Made by a program: the position numbers and the translations under genes | Shown here: in pieces, positions 1-11,453 of the stretch | How the letters are laid out: each line of letters opens with the position of its first letter | How positions within the stretch are numbered: position 1 is the stretch's first letter | Assembly (NCBI RefSeq): GCF_964204645.1 | Contig: NC_134027.1 | Span: 18,066,560 to 18,130,559, forward strand | Direction of reading: 5' to 3' | Length of the DNA: 64,000 bases | Source of the DNA: Tubulanus polymorphus | Taxonomy: Eukaryota; Animalia; Nemertea | The notes under the pieces: model-generated | What the model was told of the DNA's origin: nothing | Databases searched by the model: none | Seen by the model: only the letters and a program-made list of their open reading frames with translations

Positions 1-129
1 AGCCATACTACGCGAGGCAAGCGTGCGCTGGCAGATCACTAGTATCTCAAACTGCACACACTACAGTGACACAGTGGCATAGGCTCATATTGATGCGTGC
101 GTTATGAATACGCGCGTTTTTCATACAGT

Positions 130-448
130 GAAATAAGTTTTTTTGAATGAAGTTAACTATATCATAGATTTTCATTTAAGTTATTATCGTTCACATTATT
201 ACTAAAAAGACTTTGAAAGTGATATACATTGGTCTGTCGATCTTTTTGTACTATAACCGGCCATAACAAATCGATCTGACGTATTTGTTTCTGCCTACCA
301 CTGTCTTGAGGCGCCCAGTTCCACCGTAGCGGGGCAGTTGTGAAGCGAACAGATCTGCATAATTAAAAGAGTAAGAATGATCAATGTAATATGTTTTCAA
401 TGATATTATTAAAAAAAACTTTGCCTCGAGAGCACAGGACCTCTAGTT
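130..448 (+). mobile_element. 3' end of non-autonomous Helitron/Helentron-like repeat (family B)
   Basis: Ends CTCGAGAGCACAGGACCTCTAGTT (hairpin remnant + CTAG, TT junction). Homologous to the reverse complement of the two units at 36507-37030. 5' boundary approximate. Confidence 0.5.
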
Positions 449-704
449 TAGTAAAAAAATTACGCATTTATATAGGAGGAATATATTTTTGTTTTTCTAA
501 ATAATCAATTGTTAAATTAGATAAAGTAACGTCTAATGTTAATTTTAAGATATCATTTATATCAAATCTATCAACATTAATACTTCCCATTTTAAATACT
601 TTTTTTAATACCATTGTATAACCAACAGTTCCAACTGATAATAATGCTCCATTGCTCCATTAGATAACCCATTTATTATCTACTTATTATCACTCATTTA
701 TTTA

Positions 705-1040
705 TCAAAAAAAATTATTATCTTCAAAATATTTAGTTAACCTAGTTATAATTATTTCAACATGTATTTCATAACTACTTTCATGATTATCATATATTTT
801 AGATAATATGTTTTTAATATCATCAATAATTCCATCCTCATTTAATTCATAATATTCTAAAGATGTTTTAATCAAATCAATTACTTTTTCTATATTATAA
901 TTTTCTTTATTAATCATTGATGCATTATTAAATGATTTACTTTTAAGATCAGTAATTACATCATTTAGTTTAACTCTAATTTCTTTACCATGTTTAAAAT
1001 CAAATCCAAAACATATACTCGGTCCTACTGTTATATTCAT
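705..1040 (-). CDS. Polinton hypothetical protein (paralogue of 19772-20128)
   Basis: Shares N-terminus MNITVGPSICFGFDFKH and C-terminal LTKYF; TAAATG start. Confidence 0.75.
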   Translation of the reverse strand: MNITVGPSICFGFDFKHGKEIRVKLNDVITDLKSKSFNNASMINKENYNIEKVIDLIKTSLEYYELNEDGIIDDIKNILSKIYDNHESSYEIHVEIIITRLTKYFEDNNFF

Positions 1041-1056
1041 TTATATAATGAAAAAT

Positions 1057-1798
1057 TTATTCTTTACATCTTATAACTAATTCATAAATTACAGGAAAAT
1101 TATTTAAATCAATGAAGTACCCATTATGATTTCTTATTTCTAATCTAAAATAATTAAATTTTGGAATACAAGGTTTGAAATCACATTCAGCTAAATTATA
1201 ATTTATTTGTGTTCCAAATTGTTTAACACTTTTTTTGTGGTAAACTATTTAATATACTAGAATTACAAATTGTATCTTTAGTTGCTTCGAAAGTTTTTAC
1301 GGGTTCAATTAAATTGCAATAAATATATAAGAGTGTAAAAGGCATTAAGTTTGGTGTAGCTTCGGCATTACGTATCCTTACAACAGTTTAGCTATAGGTT
1401 TTTTAACCACAAATTGATGTTCATCATTAGCTAACTTTATTCTTACTTTATTATTGATATCACTTTTTAAAAATATAATTCCAAATCCAACCGACCATCC
1501 CATTTTTAATCGAGCTCTTTTTTTAATTTTCTTGCGCTAATGTTTCTAAATTATGTAATCCAGGTTTTAAAAATAGATGATACCATTTATTCAAATTTCT
1601 AGCATGAACTAAAAAAGCTAAATGATCAAGACTATTATTCGATATATTGTAAAAAGAATTACATAAACTTACATTTACTAATTTTAAATCAACACAATTC
1701 TTATATTCTCTATCTAATTGTACTAGTAAATTATGAGATATATAATTTGTAAGTCTTCTTGAATCAACAAATATTCTATATTCTTTTAATTCTACCAT
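1057..1798 (-). pseudogene. Minor capsid (penton-like) pseudogene, relic A
   Basis: Homologous to 20145-20903 (YRIFVDSR, CNSFYNI); premature stop at 1523 and internal deletion. Confidence 0.75.
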
Positions 1799-1812
1799 TT
1801 ATTTTACATATT

Positions 1813-2162
1813 TTATTCGAAATCTATATCATGGTGCCCTTTTTCATTCTTACCTTTATATATGAAATAGAAATCACCTGAACATAATTCTTCTAAATCT
1901 TCACTTGATAATCTATGAAATCTATCTGGTAAATTTGTTCTGAATTTGTATTTATTTCCTTTCAATCCTTCATAAGTGGATAACTAATTTATCTCCATAT
2001 TTGTTAGTAACTGTATCAATATTTGTAATTAAATATTTCTTATGAATTGTTAGTTCATTTAACTTCATAAATTTATAAATCTACTGATTTGACATTTGTA
2101 GTATCTTTTATTCTATCTAGAAATGATTTGTTGTTCTCACTGTGTACTTGTTTACTCTCCAT
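1813..2162 (-). pseudogene. MESKQ-family small protein pseudogene
   Basis: Nucleotide homology to 20918-21267 and the intact ORF 55973-56305; frameshifted. Confidence 0.75.
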
Positions 2163-3357
2163 TTTAATAACATATTTTTTATTAAAATTGATTTTAGAAG
2201 TTATTTATTTATATATGTTATTCATTTATACGTTATTCATATATTATATCTTATTTTATTGACCTAATTTTCGTCATCTAAAATTTTGGAGTAACCGTTT
2301 TTCATTGTTCATGTTCAAACATCCGGAAAATGCACAACACATATAAAAGTCATCGATAAAACTTTTTTTCAAAAATCGACAAAAATTTAATATGAATATT
2401 GCCTTTAGAAGTTTGGATTGCAATCTTTATGTCTTGAAATTTAGGGATTATTATCGGAATGTGACTGCCATGTGAGCTCACATATTTTGACAGCTGAGCT
2501 ACTACTAGCGCCATCTATCGAACATAAATTGAAGCTGTTGCCCAATTTCACTCCAAATGCTATCATAAATCATTGGACAGTCTGTTAAGTCTAGTCTCTG
2601 TTGAATTGTAATAAGGCTTATATTTTTTACAGTGTCGTAGTCTCTGATTCAACAGGCCATAAATAGTCCTATTGATAACTAAGAGATATTTTTTTGTAAA
2701 CATTTGGAGACCTAGGTACAATACAAAGTAGTTTTACACATTTCTTCAGCTTCAAAATTTTGATACTGATGAAAGGTAAACAAGGGTGATGATGATTTAT
2801 AATTACCAAGTAACACATAAAAAAATCCTTGAATTAATATGTATGTTGTTTATTTGTTGGTAAAGGTTCTTAAGTTTTTAAGCGTTGCTTATTTTGTGAC
2901 TGAAAATAATGAATAAGCAATGAAAAAAACCCTTCGCATTCTTTGACTTTTGAAGTGATGGTATTACTGATACATTACTTCCATAGGCCATACTTGGAAG
3001 TTAGTCATAGTGGTACTTGCAAGTTAATTTTCTTGCTATAGTATGTCGTAAGTTTACCCCATTAGCGCGTTCCCCATTCATTTTCAAATAAAAGGTTTTT
3101 GAAAAAAATAAAACAATTTTCCTACCTATCTACCCAAAAAAAAAATTGGAGGCGATAGTAACTACACCTATATTTTGTTTTGGCCTAAGCTGTACATAAA
3201 ATTCTACAAGGTCAGAGAATACATGTTGTTATATGCCTATTAACCAAAATGTTGCTCAATTTAGAATTGACGGCTGTCTGCCCAGTGCCCCCTCTCCATT
3301 TTAGGAATTTTCAAATCAACGAGAAATTGTATTAAATCGTCTTCCAGCTTCTCATTT

Positions 3358-4342
3358 TTAGCCCACTTGGGACTTAAGTCCCAGCCGGCTATTGCGTTCA
3401 CTTTTCGTCCGTCGTCCGTTCGTTCGTCCGACCGCCCGCCCGCCCGTAGACGGAATCCAGTTATTTTGGAAAGTTTTGAAGACGCTTCAATGGATTGTCT
3501 TCGATCTTTGGTTTATACATGTATCTACCCTAGATACACCTTCTGCCCGAAAACTGGTCCGATTAGAATCAAGAGTGCTAACTGGCGGCCATTATTGTTC
3601 GCCAAAATCAGCACTTACACATTTTTGAAGTTTTCAAGGGAAATTGCTTTGGAAGATGCTTTGATCAATTATCTTGATCTTTCGTATGTATTTATATCCC
3701 CCAAGCGCCTATCAGCATAAGAAAAATTGGGTCGATCACACTCAAGATGGCCGTCCTGTGACCTTTTTTGTGCCCAAAAATGTCAATTTTCCTGTAGCTT
3801 CCTACTGGTAGCTGAGTCCTATAGCTTCCTACTGGTTTGCAATTTTTCATTGAAATTTGGGATGGCTATTCTATGAAAAGGAATCTTTAATATCTAGACA
3901 GGTATTTCTGATCAACCAATTATCACGCAATTGGCGGCCATCTTGGTGTCATCAGTACTCATTCCTAGGTGGAAAAATGTTTTTCCATATTATATTGATA
4001 CCTAAGCATATTTTGTTACCACAATCAATTGGAAAGTTGTAGCTTATAACATGTTCTATGATTGTGGTGAGTTTCAAGGTCATTGGTTTTTGTATATGGC
4101 CACCAGGGGGTGCTGAATTATACAATAACATAGTATTTCTATATCATATTCATACCTATGCATATTTTGTTACCACCATCTATTGCAAAGTTTTAGCTCA
4201 TGACATGTTCTATGATTGTGGTGAGTTTCAAGGTCATTAGTTTTTCTATATGGTCACCAGGAGGCGTTGAATATTGAAATTGTTAGATTGTTGAGCATTT
4301 GAAACCACTTCCCAAGGGGCATGGTGTCCCTGGACCCCTATT
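3358..4342 (+). mobile_element. Helentron-associated interspersed element (HINE/DINE-1-like), family A copy 1
   Basis: 5' subTIR GCCCACTTGGGA with adjacent IR GTCCCAG, CCGT-type microsatellite, ~153-bp internal repeats, 3' subTIR TCCCAAG(T)GGGC, GTCC/GGAC hairpin, T-run flanks. Further copies at 34059 and 48519. Confidence 0.75.
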
Positions 4343-4974
4343 TGTTTCTCTTCGGACATTAAAATTCATTGTGATCAATTTGCGGAAAATGTTTTAATGC
4401 ATTTTTTCCGGAAAGCATAAAATTTCCACTAACTTTTCGCACAAGACTTTGAATGGAAGCTATATGCATGTTTAAAATGTTTCATATATACATTTTCAGG
4501 ATAAATTAGCTTCTCGGAGCTGCGAAATCCCAACAGTACTCAAGCCACTAAATGGGTATAATCGCCCGGAGCTCCACAAACATTAACGTACGCAACTATC
4601 TGAAACGGAGATGTCATCATTTATAGATATGTCATTTACTGTTTTACAACAGGTAAGCCCCCTTGAATTTTCATACTTTAAAATTATCTTAGAAAACCGA
4701 GTAAGAGATAATTAATTATACTTTAGCGAATATATTCACAAACAAGATTGTAAATGTAGAATATTTTCTACACAAGAACACGTCATTGGCATTATTTCAA
4801 GGATGTCTGTATTGCATTTTTATTTTCTTTAACTGACTATGAACTATATCAATAGTTTAAATTCAATGGTGGACAGCAGACTTTATATTTCTATGTATAA
4901 CTTTGACGGACTTATCCACTTCCTGTTAATTACATACAAGCCTTTATTTCAGCGAGCTCGGCTGACAAGCCCCC

Positions 4975-6140
4975 ATCTAGCACCCAGAAAACAGGTGGGC
5001 ATGAAATTCCTTTCAATCCTACAGCACAAACTGCTAAAAATGTTGGTGAAATTGCTATTTGTAGCGAGTGTGACAAATCCCGTGTTTTATATTCGGCTAA
5101 AAAACTATCGCCTAAAGAACGGGAAAATCTTATGGGCTTGATGGAGTCTGTGCTCTATGTGTGTGGTACCACTATAAAAGAAATAGTGTTTGAATCTGAA
5201 AATGAAGATGAGAAGATGTTAGGCGATAAGGTATACATACGCAAAAATCTAAACTGCTTATCGCCTATTGAAGTCCCGAATTACACCAGTCAACTGTTTG
5301 TCAATATCTGCACCAATTGTGGGGGTCAGGAGGATTTCACCACTGCAGCTTGTTCAGTTGACTTGTACCCCATCTGTGAACCCTGCTTTGACACAAAATT
5401 AGGTCGTGTTCTCAAGCGTAAAAGGTAAGTATTTGACAAGTAAATTTTGGCACACTTTATATGTACGTATTGCCTTGAATTAAATTCTAATTTGCAGCCT
5501 GTAGAACATTGCGCTTCAAGTAAATTTGCATTTTTACATATTGGGTTTTTATACATTTTTGTTGGTTGAAATGTTTATACTGGATATACAGCTATTTAGA
5601 GCCAATGTCCAGTATAAAATTCGACAAGGGTTAAGTGTTAGGCCAATATGTGTGTTTTCCATCCATATTGGGCTTTGGCTCTAGATGGTCTCAAATCATA
5701 TGTACATTATTATGTTAAAATTCTGTAATTCATTTTTATTAAGTTTGTAATTTCATTTTATAAATCAAGTTTGTTAATCATTCAAGTTTTGTAACATTTT
5801 ATGGTTAATAGAATGTTTTTATTGTTTAATTTTGAAGTTTACTCTTTTTTTATTTGAGGTGTTGCAATGGATTTTCAGGATTCACAAATCATTCTCAGCA
5901 GTGATTTTCCAGTTAAATAAAAATAAAAAACTACCTCCCGCATCTGAAGAAAATATGTCTGAGGGATATTTTTATCGATATAATAAAAATAAAAAGACAC
6001 CTCCCGCATCTCCAAAAAAAAATTCAAACAGTTCTTTTTATTTCTACTTTTTTTTTAAAGTACATAAAAATAAAAACCGCCCCCCCCCTCGTCATGGTAA
6101 AAAACAAGTGTGATGAGAAACAAGGCATCTTTTTTTGGCC
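4975..6140 (+). mobile_element. 3' remnant of a DNA transposon (Cys-rich C-terminal protein fragment; possibly Zator-like end)
   Basis: Frameshifted coding PFNPTAQTAKNVG..CSECDK..YVCG..NLNCLSPIE..CTNCG..CEPC (4975-5428). Ends TTTTTTGGCC-TAA at 6140, with a similar end at 3185. Superfamily tentative. Confidence 0.4.
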
Positions 6141-6771
6141 TAAGCAGAACTACCTGACACTTTTCCTCCATGTTACCTCTCACCCGTCGACGAAGAAGTC
6201 CATCTTTAATAGAAAAACTCGCTACTTCCGATACCGCCTACTCTCACGGGAGCTTAAATGACCCAAGCCTTTATCCAGGGCATCGTTATATTCAGTGGTT
6301 TTAGCATCACGCCCCTGCGTTTGTTGTTGTCTTTGCATTCCCTACATTGCGGTTTAAGCAGTTTAATTCTAGGTGTAACCTGTTTAATAGTTCTCATAAT
6401 TCCTATTTTATTCTATTCCTCAGCAATTAATCTGTAAACGACCGCGTCTTTTTTGTACCGTCCAAATGTCGTTGAATATTGCGCTTTCGCCATATTGCCA
6501 ACAAAGCTTTTGTTTCACTGTGATAAAAGTCTGCGGTATAGATGGGCCTGTAGAGAGGATTATATACTGTCACCCTGATATGAGCGGTTCCTGAACTTCG
6601 CTGAAAAAGCTGAAACACTGAAACGCTGAAAATAAAACGCTCAAATTTCAGGGAATTCCCGAAAAACGCTGAAATCATGCTAGGAACCGACAATACACGT
6701 TTTGAATTTTTTCTACAAGGAGGAGCATTAAAGGGTCGTCTCCGGGTAGAGGTCAAAACTTGGTTTACTTT

Positions 6772-7358
6772 AGTAATAGGGGTAATGGGCTTTTAGGCCA
6801 AAGGTCGAGCTCATTAAAAAACGAAACATTAAAAGTAATTTAAAACTATAATATATTTTCATAACCGTGTGTATTTTATATTATAACTAAATATTTATTC
6901 TAAGATATTAATAATTTTAATTTAAAAAGCATATTGTATTAAATCAATTGGTCGCTCCACTTCGCTACCGCTCCGCTCCGCGACCAATTGATTTATTTAC
7001 AATACACAAATTCATATAATCAAATATATTTTAATAATAATAATTATTCTATTATTCAACTGAAATACACACGGTTATGAAAATAAATTATAGTTTTAAA
7101 TTACTTTTAATATTTGTTTTTAATGAACTCGACCATTCAACCTTTAACCTGAAAGCCCATTACCCCTATTACTCTTAAAAAAATCATATACATGAATAAC
7201 ATTTAAATTGACAGATTATTCAATATAAAAGTATATATTTACAACATTATTTCAATATTCATATTTGTGTGAGTTAGATTTTTAAACATTAAAAGTGTTA
7301 GTAAAGTGTGATTGAAATAATACATGATATAAATCATTGAACTTCTAAAATCAATTTA
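6772..7358 (+). repeat. Left TIR (~587 bp) with terminal 402-bp foldback (6772-7173)
   Basis: Reverse complement of 25264-25852 with about nine differences. The terminal sequence recurs inverted, ending at 7173. Confidence 0.95.
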
Positions 7359-7379
7359 GTAAAAAAATATGTATAATAA

Positions 7380-8052
7380 ATGGAATCAGAACAACCACAA
7401 ACTATCAATATTACAAATAACACTGGTGTCATTAACATATACCACAAGAAGTGTTCTAAGTGTGAATTAGATAAATGAGCTTTAACAGAATTTAGTAAGC
7501 GTAAGATTAGCAAAGATGGTTTTCAATATTGCTGTAAAACTTGTACTAAACTATATACCAAACAATATCGAGAAGATAATAGATAAGCTTATAATGATTA
7601 TATGACAGAATATATGAGAGAAAGATATCAAACAGATCTTTTAGATTTTTAGATTGAAACAATGCTTAAGATCTAGATTAACACAATTATTCAACAAAGA
7701 AACACATTCAGAAACATTATCTAATTTGTTGGGTTGTTCAGATGAATTTCTCAAATCATGGATAATATATCAAGTCGATGATAAAATGAATATAGATAAT
7801 TATGGTGAATACTTTCATATTGATCACGTGTTGCCGATTTCTAAATTTGACATGAATGAATAATACAATAAAAAACTTATTTGGAATTGGAAGAATCTAA
7901 GACCTTTAGAAAAGAAGGAAAACATAATTAAATCTAATAAACTAGATTTACAGTTATATTTAGATCAACTGGATAAAGCAAAGACATTTGTTGAATTATG
8001 GAATAGTATTTCACAGAATCAACCGCATTCTGAGGTTTTAATCAGTGGTTAG
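7380..8052 (+). pseudogene. Zn-binding HNH endonuclease (NCLDV-type) pseudogene
   Basis: CSKC..CKTC N-terminus, then LLGCSDEFLKSWI..NYGEYFHIDHVLPISKFD..WNWKNLRPLEKKENIIKSNK; several stops/frameshifts. Confidence 0.8.
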
Positions 8053-8386
8053 AAAGCTGGCAATTCTATTTGAGCTTTGTATGTATATAATACATAGCTT
8101 TTGCTTACTACTAAAACATATGTTGCCAAATATATCTTGTTTTCAATTCTAAAGAATTAACTTCATCACAAAGAACATCTGTGCAGAAATAATTAGTTTG
8201 GTCGAACGTGCGCCACGTCGGCAGTTAGAAATCAACTTTCACATACATAGTACGTATTGGATATTCTCTCTCAAAACACAGTTTACAGTTCTAAATCTAA
8301 ATGTAAGTACATATATTATGAAGTAGGGAAACCTTTAAACATATTTAAGTACAGTAATTCATTTTCACGACATCTTTTAGATTAAA

Positions 8387-8853
8387 ATGGAATACAGAGA
8401 TCGACCAGAAATTCTAAGCCAACCAACGGATGAGGAACCAGAAACGACGGATAGTGAAAAACAGGAATCAATAGAAATGGAGGATAAAACTCTCGTAATT
8501 GACGAACAAACTTCACAAAATTATAAGAACATTTGGACTATCATCAAGAAATGGTGAAAATTCTGAGTGATGTAATACATAATAAACAATTACCGCGCGA
8601 ACTACAATTACCAAAATTACCAGCAACGCGACTTAAATTGCTGTTGGGACTCAAAGAATCGAAAACTAAGAAAATGAGTGGAGATATCAGTGCCAGTTTT
8701 GAAAGAAAACTGAGAAGAGTAGGTAGATTAATAAAATATGAAAAATTCAAAATATTAGGATTAGCATTTAGTGAAGTAGTCAGATATTTACCAGAAATTG
8801 AAGAAATGATTGGAAACAATCCAGTAATTAAAGAATTCTGGACAAAATTATAA
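8387..8853 (+). pseudogene. Polinton hypothetical protein (acidic N-terminus), one frameshift
   Basis: ATG at 8387 (MEYRDRPEIL..) joins ORF 8533-8853 by a frameshift near 8530; no recognisable motif. Confidence 0.5.
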
Positions 8854-8943
8854 ATTATAACACTGAAGGTCTTTGTAATATAGATATCAAAAAATGTAAT
8901 CTCGATTGTATATATCTGTTTTAATATTGTATTGATTACTGTT

Positions 8944-10035
8944 AACTGTGTATTGCGCAATAACCGGTCCGATTGAACCGCTTTTCTATTGTTCTCCATT
9001 GTTCTATTATTGATCGTTGTTAATGGCGGCGGTTGTTCTGTATTGATTGTTTACTGTTAACTAAGTATTGCGCAATAACCGGTCCGATTGGACCGCATTT
9101 CTATTGTTCTCCATTGTTCTATTATTGATCGTTGTTGACGGAAACAGCTGCTCAATATTGATTGGTTACAGTTCTATGTTTGAATGTTGTAGTTTACAGA
9201 ATAAAAATATAACTGTGTATTGCGCAATAACCGGTCCGATTGAACCGCTTTTCTATTGTTCTCCATTGTTCTATTATTGATCGTTGTTAATGGCGGCGGT
9301 TGTTCTGTATTGATTGTTTACTGTTAACTAAGTATTGCGCAATAACCGGTCCGATTGGACCGCATTTCTATTGTTCTCCATTGTTCTATTATTGATAGTT
9401 GTTGACGGAAACAGCTGCTCAATATTGATTGGTTACAGTTCTATGTTTGAATGTTGTAGTTTACAGAATAAAAATATAACTGTGTATTGCGCAATAACCG
9501 GTCCGATTGAACCGCTTTTCTATTGTTCTCCATTGTTCTATTATTGATCGTTGTTAATGGCGGCGGTTGTTCTGTATTGATTGTTTACTGTTAACTAAGT
9601 ATTGCGCAATAACCGGTCCGATTGGACCGCATTTCTATTGTTCTCCATTGTTCTATTATTGATCGTTGTTGACGGAAACAGCTGCTCAATATTGATTGGC
9701 TACAGTTCTATGTTTGAATGTTGTAGTTTACAGAATAAAAATATAACTGTGTATTGCGCAATAACCGGTCCGATTGAACCGCTTTTCTATTGTTCTCCAT
9801 TGTTCTATTATTGATCGTTGTTAATGGCGGCGTTCTGTATTGATTGTTTACTAAGTATTGCGCAATAACCGGTCCGATTGGACCGCATTTCTATTGTTCT
9901 CCATTGTTCTATTATCGATCGTTGTTGACGGAAACAGATGTTGTAGTTTACAGAATAAAAATATAACTGTGTATTGCGCAATAACCGGTCCGATTGGACC
10001 GCTTTTCTCTTGTTCTCCATTGTTCTATTATCGAT
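8944..10035. repeat. Higher-order tandem array: 267-bp dimer (115+152 bp), 9 palindromic cores
   Basis: TATTGCGCAATA at 8951, 9066, 9218, 9333, 9485, 9600, 9752, 9856 and 9972, each followed by ACCGGTCCGATTG(A/G)ACCGC. Confidence 0.97.
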
Positions 10036-10447
10036 CGCTAAAATTTGTATAATAAATATATGTGTTTATGAAATAATATTTCCACCAGTCGTTTCATTGA
10101 ATTTATTTTCAGTTGAGGATTTATTATCGAGGATCCGAAATGACTTATCTGGACAGTTATAATTACTGCTCCTAATAGATAGACAATAGTAGTGATATAT
10201 TAAATCCTAATTTAAATAAAATATAATAAAAAAACAATAACTTCAACTGGCTAGTGAATTCTATTATATTTTTTTAATATATCTTTTCAAAAAAGAATAC
10301 TTTATATTTTGAATAGATTCAAATAGAAATTCTTTAAATTCAAATAGCTAGTATCAGTAGTCAATACTAGAATTCTTTAACTTTAACTATCTAGTATCAT
10401 TTGAAGAATACTTATAATATTTTTCTTATTAAATTTCTCTAATATAA

Positions 10448-11011
10448 ATGTCAAAGAAATCTAATAAGAATAGTATTGATATTGAAAAAACATTAGATGA
10501 TTTAGGTATTAGTGATAATAAGGATGCAGTTGTTTCTAATTCTATTCAAGTTAATAACAATATTGATTATGAATACTATTTATATTGTAAACACCATCTT
10601 GAACTATTGATTGCCGGTGGAAAAACTAAAGAGTTTTTAAATAGAATTATTACTTTTCAAGAATTAGATGCTATGAAACCAGATAAAGTAATAAAATATT
10701 TTAAGATTTATGAAGAGGCAAGATTAGCCCGAATGAATGATTCTATTTCAGATGGTATTGTCAAATGTTATTCTAAGTTATGTAACCAGTTAATACCAAT
10801 TAATGATGAAAATAAATTATATAGTGATTTGAAAAATGACTATTTAGTTATGACTGAATTACAAAAATGGGTTGGTTATGCTTCACTTCAATTAGGATCG
10901 GTTATGACATTAATTTCTACTGGTGTCATTACATTTTCGAATATCAAGCCTATGGAATATAAATCAGGTAAGAACGAAACAGATGACGCTGTACTACAAC
11001 CAAACGTCTAA
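10448..11011 (+). CDS. Polinton hypothetical protein with C-terminal hydrophobic segment
   Basis: Intact 187-aa ORF, TAAATG start, hydrophobic WVGYASLQLGSVMTLISTGVITF. Confidence 0.7.
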   Translation: MSKKSNKNSIDIEKTLDDLGISDNKDAVVSNSIQVNNNIDYEYYLYCKHHLELLIAGGKTKEFLNRIITFQELDAMKPDKVIKYFKIYEEARLARMNDSISDGIVKCYSKLCNQLIPINDENKLYSDLKNDYLVMTELQKWVGYASLQLGSVMTLISTGVITFSNIKPMEYKSGKNETDDAVLQPNV

Positions 11012-11049
11012 ACAGAAAATGAATCAGAACAAAAAATTAACTAAAATAA

Positions 11050-11448
11050 ATGAGTGATGGCGTTAAGAAAAAGCCTAGATCCGAGAAACAAATTAAATGG
11101 GCAAGAGAATTAGGTAAAAGATCTGTAGAATTAAAAAAAGCTAAGAAAAAGAAATTAACTGATTTAAATGAATCACAGACTTTATCTGATATTGATTCAA
11201 ATAATAATCCATCTGATTCTTCGAATGCTGGAAGTAATTATAAATTACATATTACAATTGGATAAGTAACAGTTATTATATTATCCGGTGTAATATATAA
11301 ATCAAAATTCAAATCTGATGATAAAGATGATTCCAATGATGATCGGAAACTTAGTTATCCGTGTACAGACAATAAACCTATCATACCAGAAAATAAGTCA
11401 AATCATAAAACCATTGAAACTAAATCTAAATTATTATTAATGGATTAA
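11050..11448 (+). pseudogene. Basic N-terminal / single-TM protein, one nonsense codon
   Basis: Frame continues past TAA at 11263 (HITIG*VTVIILSGVIY) to the stop at 11446-11448; TAAATG start. Confidence 0.55.
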
Positions 11449-11453
11449 AATAA

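Larger units (their letters stand above)
449..2270 (-). mobile_element. Degraded Polinton-like relic A (right-arm genes)
   Basis: Colinear homology to 19530-21300: 73-aa gene, 118-aa gene, penton and MESKQ gene, followed by sequence resembling the inner end of the TIR. Confidence 0.9.

Noticed and set aside
3367-4240. ORFs within HINE copies (also 34059-35091)
   Set aside because: Frames are not conserved between copies and lie in a non-autonomous repeat.
6940-7000. Flip/flop isomerism of the two terminal hairpins
   Set aside because: The loop and bubble of the right end are the plain reverse complement of the left end, so no inversion is visible in this copy.
8944-10035. CRISPR-like array
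   Set aside because: Sequences between the palindromic cores are repeated rather than unique spacers, there are no cas genes, and the context is eukaryotic.
9068-10162. Repeated 70-aa MRNNRSDW ORFs
   Set aside because: TTG starts, no TAAATG context, and they simply track the tandem repeat; likely non-coding.
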